DNA from: Octopus sinensis
Lineage: Eukaryota
NCBI RefSeq assembly: GCF_006345805.1
Contig: NC_042998.1
Span: forward strand, 109,244,001 to 109,308,000
Direction of reading: 5' to 3'
DNA length: 64,000 nt
Shown here: in pieces, positions 1-12,480 of the stretch
Layout: the number at the start of each line of letters is the position of its first letter
How positions within the stretch are numbered: position 1 is the first letter of the stretch
Notes under the pieces: model-generated
Told to the model about the DNA's origin: nothing
Seen by the model: only the letters and a program-made list of their open reading frames with translations
The model's database searches: none
Position numbers and translations under genes: made by a program

Positions 1-1709
1 GGCCATATGGTATAATAATCCTGAATTTACAATGTCTGAAATAAATGATTGGATAGGTTACTGTTAAAACGCATCTGATCATGGTTTCCCAACATTGACA
101 TATCCCACTGGAGTTGTGATTGAGAATTAGAACTAAACAACAAAAAGAAGAACACTTTTTTTTCTTAGAATATATCAATTAGTTTTGATAATGAAGATTA
201 AAAGTATTATTGGAAGAGTAGGTGAAATAATTGTTCTGTCATGCGCTTCAATGAAGTAAAAATGTAAATAAAACATGTTTATAAACCTGTCTGGCCAATT
301 CAAAATAGTTATCTTCGTTTATGTGTTCATATTCATTGCTCTCTGTCATATTGATATCTGTTGTTAATAATTGTAATTGTGTAGGAGAAACATGTTTTTT
401 GCAGACTGTTTCAATTGACAGCTATTATGCATCGAGTATACATGTAGGTGGGGGTAATAAGTTGAGTGAGATTTTGTAAATGCCATTATTGAAAATGGGT
501 GTATAGAATCATGAAAGAAAAGTTAAATATTAAAATGGAAATTAAATTGTGGTAGTGGTGTGGTAGCAGTAGTGGTGGTGGTGGTGGTGGTAATGATGAT
601 GATGAGGAGGAGGAGGAGGGAGAGGAGGGGGTAATAATAGTAATGGTAATGGTTTTAGGAATGATCCTGATGGTGGAAAGGATGAATATGAGGATGTCAA
701 TATAGAGTGGAGGATGGAAATCTAATAGACCATCAGACAAAACCTTTTAGTATTTGGTTATGTCCTCCAACTTAATTTTACTTTCATGCTTTCAAGTCCA
801 ATAAAATAAGTACCAGTCTACAAATATTGAGCTGATATAAATCACATGTACCCCACTGAAGATAGTGCCTTTCACTGTATGGCTACAGTCCAATCATTGA
901 AATCAGTAAAATTATACAAGAATGTCATAGTTGTGTCCTTTCCATTCAGTTGACTATTATACAAAATTAAATAAGGCTAACTCTCCTGTGTTTGCAATTA
1001 GCTTCTCAATCTTAACTGTTTTAATATCATTGAGTTTTTAGAATTAATTTAGCAGAAATATGGCTACAGATAGTATGAATTTTTCCCAAGAGAAATAAAA
1101 CTTTGGAGTTTTGGAGAAAAATTTTAATATTATATTATATGTTACATGATATGCTATTTGTTTATTACTTCATATATTTATCTATTTTTTTATTCTAAGT
1201 TCAAAAATTTATTAGCAAACGATCTTTTTCTTGTTTTTTAATATGTTTTGGTATCCAAAAATCATTTTCCTAAGTTATTTAACTTCATTAATCTTCCGCA
1301 AACTAGTTAATTCAAGGATGCACACAAGGTTTAGGTGTCTGGTTATGAGAACAAGTTGAAATTATACACGATGTGAACTGCTTTATCCAAACAGGAAGTT
1401 GTTATGGTGAAATAAGCAGGATTAAAGAAGCTGTGTCCAACATACACGTTCAATTTCAAACTTAGCTAGAGTTCACTTAATTGTGGTAAAGCACTAAGTC
1501 ACAGTTTGGGTAAAACTTGGAAGCTCTTTTCTTATGCCTCTACTCAAAATATTTAAGCAGCTTCCAATTTTTATATAAAATCCCAATTTTTACTTTTAAA
1601 TACTCTATTAGGATTTACTTTATAAATTTAATAAGGATTTATTCCCTTCATGTGATTCAATTAATTATTGAAGTTGGTTTAAATTAACCTGGCTTACATT
1701 TCACCTATT

Positions 1710-1905
1710 TGTTGTTGTGTAGCCTCAAGTGAGCTTCAACCAAGCAGATCTATGCTCAAAGATGTTCCAGCTACAATTATTCTGTGATATTTTCAGACAG
1801 TGTATCAAAGATTGCAGTACCCAATATGTCTGTTCTTTTTTTAAGACAACAGGATATGATTTTAGGGAGATTTTTTTTAGTTGTTATTTCTAGCAAGTCA
1901 ATGAC
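1710..1905. mobile_element. Interspersed SINE-like repeat family D (degenerate copy)
   Basis: Motifs gttgttg..tagcc..ag....agcaga.ctatg.tcaaaga.ttccagc and gggagattt....tgctatttctagca recur at ~14720-14920, ~19205-19380 and, inverted, at ~15145-15290 and ~48590-48735. Confidence 0.55.
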
Positions 1906-3594
1906 TTAATTTTCACTTGGCCATGATGGCTAGTAAAAATCATGAATCCTGCCCTCTTCTCTCAAATTAACTGTATAAAAAACAAATATTACTGTCATCC
2001 ACTGATTAAGTCTGCCTTGACAAGGATAGACTCATATTCTTTAATTAGACAAGTAGATGTTCAACTGATACATTCCATGTTAATGCTATTAGAACTCAGA
2101 ATGACAACTGCTGCATGATAAAATGTGCAGCTTTGTATGAGATATAATACCAAACACTGAAATGTGGCATATAAGTATTTGACTGGTTACACTCTTGTCA
2201 AATCTGCTTATGCAGAGAATTTTTGAGTCGTGCAACAACTGAAGCAACTGCTCAACAACAACTTCAACATTGACAAAAGTGTCTTCTTACTGTCATTTCA
2301 AGTGAAATTTCTTTACCAAACAAAACTTTTAATACTTTGCTTAGATAAATTAATGACTCAATTAGATACTTTATTGGTAACTGTATTATAATTTCGACTT
2401 TTAATTACAGTATAGTTTGAACTTTCAAAATACTGTGCAGAAGCTTTTACTCTCATTAACACAGATGACACAACTGTTGCACAACCCAAGTATTCAACCC
2501 TTGTTGCACAGTCCCCATAATCATGACTTTTACCAAGTATGCTACCGTCTTTACTTTTAATACACAATATTAGTGTTTGCATGTTAAATGACACAATTCT
2601 ATAATCTTAACTCTCTGTGACACATACTATTCAAATAAGAATTGATCTCTAAACTGCAAAGCCAGTCAAATCCCACCATCTATTACATTACCTCTGAACT
2701 AACATACTGACTCAGTACAGTCAATTTTTATCTGTCTATAGGTTGTTACTCATGTATTTGTATACCAAAATAACTAGAATGAATTCTGTTAACATACATG
2801 TGAATAACACTTGATTTTGCAGGAAAGGCTTACACAAATACTGGTCAGTTGTAAAGAGTTTATTGACTGGATATTTTTAACACTGTGTAGTAGATTTGTC
2901 TGATGTACACACATAAAATACACAAATATAAATCTACTGAGACGTCAGTGTTGCTAATATTATTATATAATTCAACTGATTCAGTGGCGACATTAGTTCT
3001 ATGATTTGGTTGAGATCAACAAAAAGTATTGTTACAATGTTTTATGAAGAATTACATGCATTAGTAGTAAGAGGGCAGTTAAGCATGAATTTTAATTAGA
3101 CAGAATTACTGAGAAGATTAGAGTAAAAATGCTGCAGTAGGCTGTTGCTGACATTCAACAACTGAATTTGTAGAAATATATGATACTACAAAATAAATGT
3201 TGCTGCGAAATTACTGCTACTATTTAAATATATATTATTGCTGTGGAACAATTCATTCTGTGGAAGTATATAACTGCTTTAGGGTTATTAATACTTTGGA
3301 AATATTGACAGGGTGGAACTACTGATACTAGGAATATACTGATACTCTGATATAGTACAGTCCTCTTCTTATGGGGAAAGCAAAATTATTTACGTTACAC
3401 TAATGGGGCAACAAGTATGAGATATAGTTGTGAAGTACAGCATTGTGATCAATATGAACACTGTGTTATGGGGAGTTAAGTCACCTCTATTGTATAGTGC
3501 TGCAGTGAGCTAGGAATGTAGTACCCTGATGGCATTTCTGGGCAGCTGCTAGGTTTTAGGTTACATCTTGGAACTCCAACAGCTTCACTGTCTC

Positions 3595-4560
3595 TTTTGT
3601 TTATTATGCGTTTAGTAGTAATCTCTTGTTCTTGGATTGCAAATGCTTAGCTTTTGAAGTGTGGTGTGATGTAGCAGTCACCAGTCCGAGAGAGGTTTTG
3701 TTTCATGTCAATTTTACAGTCTTCTTCAAATCTTTGGGAAAGATACTCACACAAGGTCTTCTTTTTGGTATGCTGATTGTTTCACATTCAGGTCTTCTTT
3801 GAAGTATGTTAGTCCAGCTGTTTGAGGTTGTATGGGAGGTCATCAGGAAGATAATGCTTCCTGAGGAGCTCACTGCTGACACATAGAATATTGTTCTTTA
3901 CTCTTTTCAGCAATAAGTTAATGTATTTATTTTTTCTGTTGTTGTTGTTTAGGAAACGCTCTCTGAGAGAGACTATATGACATTCAATGGCTATCTGCAC
4001 TGATTTGAAGCTTCTACCTCTTTCATCTCTTCTTAAGTAGAGCCTGTCTATATCATTATTTCTGTAGAGATTTCCAGTTATGTCAGTATCTGGCAGGTTT
4101 TAATATCTATGGAGTGGATTTTCTGTACAGACCAATCAAGTATCCCAAATGTTGGAATCAGCTCTGGTACTGCAAATGCATTGTGGAATATTGTCTTGTT
4201 GTAAGAAGAGAGTTCTGGATGCCATATTTTTCTTAAGTTTGGCATGATATTCTCAGGTCACTCTATATTTTCTTAGTAAATAGTATGTTTTCATCAATAC
4301 CTAGGTACTTGTAGCATTCTTTTTGTGGGATAAGAGAGATAGTGAGACATTGATGCACAAATTTTGGGTCTGAGGGATTGATTTTCCACATTAAATAATC
4401 AAATATGAACTTTTCTTTTGGTCAAATTCCAGTCCTGTATCAGCTGAAAATGTTATTAATTCCAGCTGGGGTTTTTTTGGTTTTTTTGACATTGTTAATG
4501 TCTTTAGTATAAATCTTGAGGTTGTCCACAAAAACATTATGGGTTACATTAATATAGTAG
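3595..4560 (-). mobile_element. Decayed R4/Dong-like (RLE-clade) non-LTR retrotransposon, RT C-terminal region
   Basis: Minus-strand translation gives VTHNVFVDNLKIY (YxDD-region equivalent, ~4500-4550), YKYLGIDEN (~4290-4310), NDIDRLYLRRDERGRSF (~4010-4060) and AFAIQEQEITTK (~3615-3650), with frameshifts and stops. Confidence 0.8.
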
Positions 4561-4569
4561 AATAATGTT

Positions 4570-5040
4570 AAAAATTAAGAGAGTTATGAATGTAGTATAG
4601 TGTTGCTGAATTTTAAGACAACGTGATGTAAAGTTAACACTGAAGAACAATATTGTAGATATAAAATAATAATGATGAACTTATTGTATACAGTACTATG
4701 GAAGCTAGGATTCAATTATGGTAATACTGAGTGCCAGTGCTGTTGTATAATGTTGTTAAGAGTTAAATATTCTTGTACTATATTTCTGAGTTAATACTGT
4801 ACAATAGTACTCTTGAGTTCTGACACTTTGATGCAGTGTTGTTAAGGGTTAACACTATAGTAGAATTGCTAGAAGTTACCACTGTAAGCATGATGTTGTT
4901 GAGTGTTAATTCTAAGATATTATTTGGAGTGTTAATACTATAGCACAATGCTGTGAAGAGATGAAGCTTTAATGAAATATTAAGGCTAGATTACCCTGTA
5001 ATATTGTTTGGTAGAGAGGTAATACTGTGTCTGAAACATT
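4570..5040. repeat. Degenerate ~28-29 bp minisatellite (approx. gagttaacactgtagtatagtgttgtt)
   Basis: gttaa(c/t)act...gtgttg(c/t)t recurs at roughly regular spacing. Confidence 0.45.
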
Positions 5041-6339
5041 TTAATTGCCAAAATGTTGTTGAGATGTATATCTGAAATATGATGTATGATTAAAATAGTT
5101 GGAGGGCTATATCTAGTGAAATCAAACAACAATAGAGGCTGCAGATTTTGATTGAATATTTAGTAAGGTGAAAAATAGTATGATGGCTGGTGGGGACTCT
5201 ATGAAAATCTGAGAACAAGTCAGCTAGTTGTTAAAAGTGAGAGACAAATTATATGATTGGATGGTGATGCCTGCTGAGTGAAAAAAGTGTAATGTGGTAA
5301 TTTTTGAGATACCAGTAGCTAGAATGGTGGGAAGTTGTGGTAAGTAGAGGTTTAAGAATAAAAAATAATAGCTCTCAGAATTAATGGAGTGAGATGAATG
5401 CTCACTACACTGCAAATCTGTCTAAGCCATGCAGACATGGAAAAATATCATTGATAATGATGATGACTACAGTGGCAATGAAGATAATGGTAGATTTCTT
5501 GGAAAGAAATTCATTTTGAAATTATAGTATGAAATATTAATAATGATAATGCTGATAATAGTCTTTTATTTGTTAGGTCTTTAATCATATTTTAATTACA
5601 AAAAAGAATTATTCTAAAAAGAAACTTATCTAGTAACTAAAGTATTATTCAATAGATAACCAATAATTATTCTAATAATTGTTTTCTTGAATGCAATTAA
5701 AGGTGGTTAGGGATGTGAAATAGTCAAAATAAAAAATGATTTTCTTTAAGTAAATAAGTGAACTTATCATTTGCTCAATAATTAGATATTTCAACATAGC
5801 TTGAAATCATAAAATCATTGTTAATCATAAAATAGTGGTATATAATTTTATTGACCACATAAACGTTTTCTCTACAACAAATTAATTATGAGAGAAAAGT
5901 TCAGTTGTTGGCCTGCACAGGCACTACAGGGTCATTCTTAAGGCTTACCTAAGAGACTTAAGCATTGATCCAAAGTCATAAACCATTCTCAATATAGAAA
6001 CTTAATGCAGTTATGTGAGGAAGGGTGCATCTGAACAAATTAGAATTATACATTCTAAGTAGAAGATGGAGCTATGAAATATCTGAGTCATGATCACATT
6101 AGCATCTCCTCTATACCCAGATTCTCACCCCTCCCAGCATTCCCAACCCCCACCCTCTACTTGTGACTTCTTGGCAATACCCTGCCAACACCTGCCACCA
6201 TTCATCTCTCTCTCTCTCTTCCTTACTCTACCATCTCATCTATGTCCTGATCCCTGTTCCTTGCAATATACCCTGGCACTTACCATCATCCCTCTCCTGC
6301 TCTTGCTGTCTCCTACTCTTTCTTTCCTTCCCTCACTCT

Positions 6340-6670
6340 TCCCTCTGGCTGAGTAATCATGTATCTCCTCTGCAGCAACAAACCTCATTCTTGATCACTC
6401 TCTCTCCCTCCTTCTTTTGTTCTTACCTCTGGCTAGATAACCATGTACCTCCTTTACAGCAGCACACCTCTTTCTTGTTAACTCATCCTCCCCCTCTGGG
6501 TAATCATGTCCCTCCTCTTCAGCATCACACCTGTTTCTGTCCTCATTTTTGTTAACTTTTGCTCTCTTTCTCTCACTCTCTTTCTCTCCCTCTCACTCTC
6601 TTCCTTTCTCTTTCTCCCTCTCTTTGGCTAGGTAACCATGTACCTTCTCTGCAGCGAGACATTTGTTTCA
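6340..6670. repeat. Four diverged tandem units of ~50 bp separated by CT-rich spacers
   Basis: ct(c/t)tgg...g(g/a)taa(c/t)catgt.(c/t)ct(c/t)ct...cagc starts at ~6343, ~6428, ~6494 and ~6622. Confidence 0.7.
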
Positions 6671-6764
6671 GTCTCTCTGTCACAATTTTACCTTCCTTCA
6701 ATTGACACAAGATCACCCTTTCTAATGCCCCCTCCCCTCTCAAAGATTCCTTGTTTTGCAAAGT

Positions 6765-7085
6765 TACTTGGTGGTCCTACCAGTGCAGGTGTCACTTAAA
6801 AAGCACCCAGTCCACACTGTAAAGTGGTTGGCATCTGAAAGGGCATCCAGCTGTAAAAACCCTGCCAAAACTGACTGCACCTGTGTGAGTGCTATGTAAA
6901 AAGCACTCAGCCTACTCTGTGGAGTGGTTGGTGTTAGGAAGGGCATCCAGCCATATAAATATCATGCCAAAACAGACACAGAAGCATGGCAGAGGCTCCT
7001 GCCTGACCAGCTTCTGTAAAGTCATTCAACCCATGCCAATCTGGAAGGAGGACGTTAAAGGATGATGATGATGATGATGATGAAT
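6765..7085 (+). mobile_element. RTE 3'-UTR-type retroposon (family C) with (GAT)n tail
   Basis: Contains gtggttgg..ttaggaagggcatccagc and aacccatgcca...ggacgttaaa.gatgatgat. Related copies at 58215-58408(+), 49937-50303(-), 43622-43685(-), 35700-35790(-) and ~63010-63100(+). Confidence 0.7.
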
Positions 7086-7257
7086 AGAATTTTTATGCTT
7101 TTACTGAACTTTTCGACAACTTCTAGACATGCATTCTGAGTACTTGAACACAGATGTCATGGTCACCATCCTATATATGGGTGCTCTAAATTTTTGAATT
7201 TAAATTATACCGGAAACTACTACTACTACTTCTACTACTGATCTCTGGGCACTTTTC

Positions 7258-7272
7258 TCACACACACACACA

Positions 7273-7340
<68 letters not shown>
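7258..7340. repeat. (CA)n microsatellite
   Basis: Directly visible. Confidence 0.95.
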
Positions 7341-7341
<1 letters not shown>

Positions 7342-7345
7342 ACAT

Positions 7346-7435
7346 AGGCACAGCTATGGTTGTGTAGTTAAGTTTACATCACAACCTCATGGCTTTGGGT
7401 TCAGTCCCACTGTACAGCACCTTTGGCAATTATCT
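7346..7435 (+). mobile_element. 5' fragment of tRNA-derived SINE family A
   Basis: gggttcagtcccactgtacagcacc head matches the full copy at 28709. Confidence 0.65.
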
Positions 7436-7479
7436 TCACATTCTGGTTATTTTTATTTTTTAACATCTTTACTTGAAGG

Positions 7480-8420
7480 TAGTTTTCTCTGTCTCTAGTT
7501 AGGACTGATATATGGATTAGGTCACATTTCTTTTCTTGGTGGCCTTTGATAACAATATCTATTTGATTAGTTTTTATCTTCCAATCTGTGGATATTGGTA
7601 TATGACTATGGTTGCTTTGTCATTATTGAAGACCTTTTTTGGTGCATAGCTATAGTAACTCTTTTCTCATGGTATTTCATAATACTAACATAACTCCCTC
7701 TGTATGTAAATCCCAATTCTGTCATGTGGGTGTATTCTTTCCTGGCCGAGACTTTCAGAAATTATGTGGCTATTTGTTTTTTCATCACCTGAAGATGCGT
7801 GTAAAGTATTGGGCTCACAATCATGAGGTAGTAGTTTGATTCCTGGACTGGGCTATACATTGTGTCCATGACCAAGACACTTTATTTCATGTTGTTCCAG
7901 TTCACTCAGTTGTAGAAATGAGTTGCAACATCACTGGTGTTAAGCTGTATCAGCATTTGCCTTTCCTGTGGATAACATCAGTGGTATAGAGAGGGGAGGC
8001 TGGTATGCATGGGCAACTACTGGTCTTCCATAAACTGCCTTGTCCAGACTTGTGCCCTGGAGGGGAACTTTCTAGGTGCAATCCCATGGTCATTCATGAC
8101 CAAAGCGAGTCTTTACCTTTTACCCTCTTATCATCTCTTCATATTCTGCTGTTATTTAATTTATTTTGCTTTATAATATGAACTTGGTAATTTTTGTCAG
8201 GAAGGCTTTGGTTCTTTGCTACAATGAAGAATTCTTCAGTCACTGCTTCATGTCCCATTGTTTTTGATTAGTGCTGGGGTTTTCTTTTTCTATTTCCACT
8301 TTATTCAGCCTTTTCCAGTATTGGTCATGTAGGGACTTTTCTTATCGTTTTATTATGGCATTCCATAGACCCAATTTATGTTTGTTTAGAGTTTAACTAT
8401 TGCCAGATTTCTGTTATTGT
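7480..8420 (-). mobile_element. Decayed R4/Dong-like element (post-RT, zinc-knuckle and RLE region), interrupted by a SINE at ~7795-8128
   Basis: Minus strand reads KSLHDQYWKRL...TEEFFIVAKNQSLP, then after the SINE HIISE...HDRIG...TDWKIKTNQIDIVIK, which resembles RHD/PD-type RLE motifs. Confidence 0.7.
7795..8128 (+). mobile_element. tRNA-derived SINE family E with (TTTACC)-like tail
   Basis: B-box-like gtttgattcc. The body aligns over ~330 bp to the inverted copy at 60444-60780 and ends tttaccttttaccct. Confidence 0.75.
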
Positions 8421-8604
8421 CACTTATTATTATTTTGTTTGTTGTTGTCATTGCTTTGTTTTTATATAAACAGGTACTTGCTTTGTTTTTATATAAACAG
8501 GTACCAGTTAAACACTGGGGTTGTTAATATGCCTGACAAAATGCTTTGTAGCATTTTTTCCATCTTTAGCTTCTGAGTTTAAATTCTGCCAAGAATTCAA
8601 GAAC

Positions 8605-8875
8605 CCTACAAAGAATTCTTGCTGTTACAAGCAATGCTGATTTTTGTAAGTGTTCTACCTTACACTCATACCAATCTTTTATGGTCATGTTGGTAGTTGT
8701 CAGCTGATAATTTCAAGTGCACCAATTACTATTGGTGTCACATCTACTCTCCTCATTGACCATAACCTTTGTATTACCCACTTCAAATTGTCATGGCCGT
8801 TTATTTTTTCTTCTTCTCTCTTTGATCCTGTTGCCACCAGGGTATGCTATGTTGATTATCATACATGTTCTTTCT
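8605..8875 (-). mobile_element. R4/Dong-like RLE C-terminal fragment
   Basis: Minus strand reads CMIINIAYPG...EEEKING...LKWVIQRLWSMRRVDVTPIVIGALEII...HLQKSALLVTARIL. Confidence 0.8.
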
Positions 8876-8884
8876 ATTATTATT

Positions 8885-9430
8885 GAATGAGAGAGCAGTG
8901 CATGCCATCAAAGTGACACTGGGGTAAGATATTCAAAGTCCAGTATACTCATGACTACCCGTCTGATAAGGATACACCAGGCACATGTATCACAACCATA
9001 TCTGCGCAACATGGTGACCTCATATCAAGATAAACAGTGCATGACCTTACAGGTGGGGTCCAGTTAGAACTTTTTCTGCCCACCTTGCTCAAAAGGTCCC
9101 TGAATGAGGATTGTTTAAGGGTGTGGAATGAAACACCCATGTTTCCAAAAGTAAATTATCCAAACCCTCAACACATGGCTATGGTGCTCCCCCACTACAT
9201 CTGCTCATTATCAGAGATGCACATATTGTCAGCCACTAAGTGACATGCTCAACTGGTTACGGTTAAACAACTAACAAGCAAATCTGTGGTATTGAGCAGA
9301 ATATTAGCTGTAGCCCGTCTTTTAGCTGTAGCCCGTCTTTTATAAGACAAAACAATGTACACAATAACATTTCCAATCAGCTAAGATGAGAAGCTATGAA
9401 AGCCAGTACCTGGTACTGCATCAGAGTTAT
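8885..9430 (-). mobile_element. Unclassified interspersed retroposon with (AAT)n tail
   Basis: The left end gagagagcagtgcatgccatcaaagtgacac... is repeated at 14015-14150, and both copies abut (ATT)n. Confidence 0.6.
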
Positions 9431-9442
9431 TATTATTATTAT

Positions 9443-9597
9443 TCTGCCCAGGTCAGCTTTGCCTTTCATCCTCTCGAGATTGATAGAATAAGTACCAGTC
9501 AAGTACTGGGGTCAATGTAATCAACTAACCTCCTCCCTCAAAATTTCAGGCCTTGTTCCTATAATAGAAAGGACTATTATTGTCATTATTATTATTG
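9443..9597 (+). mobile_element. 3' part of SINE family B
   Basis: gctttgcctttcatcc...ataagtaccagtcaagtactggggtcaatg...ggccttgt..cta with ATT tail. Confidence 0.7.
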
Positions 9598-9604
9598 CAA
9601 GTTT

Positions 9605-9990
9605 ATTGAAAGGTGAGTCAAAGTTGCAAAAATGGCAAGAGTGGATGGTAGTTCTTGAAGTGTAGACTTGTAAGTCGGAGAGAAGGAATTGGAGAGGGCA
9701 CTTACTCCTAGGGTTCCAGGGAAATCTCGGATAGTGGAGTTCTTGATTATCCCTAGACATCTTCCTGTATCAGGAGGGCCACATCTCTATCATCCTCCTT
9801 ATCATTTTTTTTTATCTTTGCTTATTATGTGTATGTCCCTTCTTTTTCAATGTATACTATGTATACTTACTTTTTTTTGTCATTTCATTATATGTAAACC
9901 CCCACACTTTCTGTCTGTCTCTGTATTGTCCCCCTCATCCTTCACACTTGTGGCAAATACATGAAATCATTATTATTGTTATTTTTATTG
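9605..9990 (+). mobile_element. Possible LINE 3' end (clade uncertain, L1/Tx1-like)
   Basis: GC-richer block ending cttgtggcaaatacatgaaatc followed by an (ATT)n tail. The family assignment is inference only. Confidence 0.3.
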
Positions 9991-10008
9991 TTATTATTAT
10001 TATTACTA

Positions 10009-10470
10009 AGGGGGTGAGCAGGCAGAATCATTAGCAGGCCAAGCAAAATGCTCAGCAGCATTTTATCCAGCTTTACATTCTGAGTTCAAATTCTGCCATG
10101 ATTGACTTTGCCTTTCATCCTTTTAGGGTCAATAAAAATAAAGTTCCTGTTGAGTTCTGGGGTCAATGTTATCAACTTCCTCACTCCCCAAATTTGCTGG
10201 CCTTGTGCCAAAATTTGAAACCATTCAAGCTGGCAGAATTGTTAGCACACCGGGTGAAATGCTTAGTGGTATTTCATCTGTCTTTTCTTTCTGAGTTCAA
10301 ATTCTGTTTAGGTCAACTTTACCTTTCATTCCTTCGGGGTTGATAAAATAAGTATCAGTTGAACACTGAGACCGATGTAATCGAATTACCCTCACCCCAC
10401 TCCTGAAATTGCTGGCCTTGTGCCAATGTTTGAAATCATCATTATCATCATCATCATCATCATCATTATT
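10009..10470 (+). mobile_element. Two tandem copies of tRNA-derived SINE family B
   Basis: Each copy has ggcagaat..ttagca (A-box region), ctgagttcaaattctg (B box), cctttcat.c.tt..gggt..ataaaa...agt and ggccttgtgccaa. Units start at ~10009 and ~10226. Confidence 0.85.
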
Positions 10471-10489
10471 ATTGTTCATATACATACAA

Positions 10490-10660
10490 CATATTAGACG
10501 GTTGGAAAAGAAAAATTCCTAACACCGGGCTACAACAACTAACCTTAGATGTCAAGAACCCTCCTAAGTATCCTAGCTGTCCCTAATAACAGTTTTCTGG
10601 AGCTGTATCCATCTGTATCCTCTATCCATCTGTTCAAATCTTTAGGAATAGTTCCTAATA
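10490..10660 (-). mobile_element. R4/Dong-like 3' terminus
   Basis: Minus strand reads LGTIPKDLNRWI...LQK..LLGTARILRRVLDI-stop, then a short 3' UTR. Confidence 0.8.
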
Positions 10661-10678
10661 TTATTATCATTATTATTA

Positions 10679-10719
<41 letters not shown>

Positions 10720-10729
10720 TTTTTTTTTT

Positions 10730-10950
10730 TCTTCTTTCAAATTTTGTTCCATTTCTTGCCGAGTGTCTTCCCGACTCCTAGGGCAAAGAAACTCATAGTG
10801 TATATTGGTAGGCCATTAAACCAAACTCAATAGTTCGTTCAATTTTTTTTTTTTTCTTCTTTTTTTTTTTTAAAGTTAAATTAAAATGCATGAGCAGCAA
10901 CAGTTCTCATATCGACAATGCTCTTCTCAATACGTGTGATGTACCAGTTA
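10730..10950 (-). mobile_element. Retroposon 3' end with (AAT)n tail
   Basis: ttccatttcttgccgagtgtcttcc.ga..cctagggca.agaaac is shared with 30350-30420, and both are flanked by (ATT)n. Confidence 0.6.
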
Positions 10951-10983
10951 AGACAATTATTATTATTATTATTATTATTATTA

Positions 10984-11022
<39 letters not shown>

Positions 11023-11024
11023 GA

Positions 11025-11340
11025 TATCAAGCTTAGGTATCTAGCACCTTATAGTTCTTACAGTGAGAGCCAAGCAAACATTTTTTTCTATAGAATCTGG
11101 AAATTCCTATTGGTGTCCAGCATTTGCTACGAACCATTCCAATTTCTTGCAACTATTCCTTAGGCTCTTATTTCAGTTGGGATAATGATCTTTCCTTTTT
11201 CTCATTTTCTGCCTTTGTAACAACATTCTCAGTGAAATACATCTTCCTCTACCCTTCTGTTATATGTAACAACAGTATCCTCTTATTTTTGAGTGCAGGG
11301 AAGAAACACTTGACATTGCAATGGGAAATGTCAGCATGAG
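11025..11340 (-). mobile_element. Highly decayed R4/Dong-like RLE C-terminus
   Basis: Minus strand reads KAENEKKERSLSQLK followed by an LQK..LLGT-like end, next to (ATT)n. Confidence 0.45.
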
Positions 11341-11545
11341 AAACTGGTAATCACTCAATGTCATATAATCTGAGCATCATCAAGCCATTGACAACTAAAC
11401 AAGCTAAGCACACTTACTGAGGAAGGTGCTGTTTGTGTTTGTGTTTTTCTTCTTTTCTTTTTGGACAACATGCAGAATGTAAAAAAAAAACCTGTCAAAA
11501 GGTGAATCAACTCAAGAGGGTCAACAGCCATCTATATAGTATCTA

Positions 11546-11605
<60 letters not shown>

Positions 11606-11630
11606 CACTACCACCACCACCACCACCACC

Positions 11631-11679
<49 letters not shown>

Positions 11680-11699
11680 ATAATAATAATAATAATAAC

Positions 11700-11735
<36 letters not shown>
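11546..11735. repeat. Compound trinucleotide microsatellite (CTA)n(CCA)n(CTA)n(ATA)n
   Basis: Directly visible. It explains the poly-T/N and poly-S/G/I ORFs. Confidence 0.95.
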
Positions 11736-11737
<2 letters not shown>

Positions 11738-12089
11738 CTTTACATTCTCCCTCTATGAATTCTAAATAGCTAACACTCGTAAAGTTATCACTATTCTCCA
11801 AACATTTATCATAAACACATATTTCATTAGATATCAATAAAGCTATTGCAATTATGTATAATTTTTTTGCTTATCGAATATTTTACTGCCAGTAGTATCA
11901 TTACTTGTTTCTGTCTTTACTATAATGATATAATAATAACTAAATATAGCACACCTACTATCCATTGAAAGAGTACTGATGTCAATAAGATATACTTCTC
12001 TAAATTTAGATATTTACTTTGTCAATTCATTTGCTTTAAACTGCCAACATGGTTTGTTTTGCATATCTTCCTTTGACATCTTAATATAT

Positions 12090-12480
12090 TACTTTCCATG
12101 GCAATATATTAATCAATGTTACCATGGTATATAATGATTAGTGTTACAATCACTATTTGTAAATATAACCTTGCTAATTAATTTAACTGTGGTTTATATT
12201 TTATTTAATGCTATATGATTTATACATAACTAAATACTGTCATGATAATATATTATTGTACCATGGTTTACCTATAACTAAGGTAATATATTACCTATGG
12301 TTATCTACAAAATATATTGCCATTACCATGCTTAAATACATTACTTTCCTCACTATAGTAATATGTTACTACTACCAATGTATTATGTTACCTTGGTGAT
12401 ATATTTACTTATCATTATCACAGTAGCATATCACTACCACCATAGTAATACATTTTATCATTACCATGGTTATATACAAT
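12090..12480. repeat. Degenerate ~20-25 bp minisatellite (ttaccatggtaatatattac-like)
   Basis: taccatgg/ttaccat and taatatatta recur throughout. Confidence 0.5.

Noticed and set aside
6340-6670. Repeat-spacer-like pattern suggesting CRISPR
   Set aside because: The repeats are diverged, the spacers are CT low complexity of uneven length, the context is eukaryotic and there are no cas genes.
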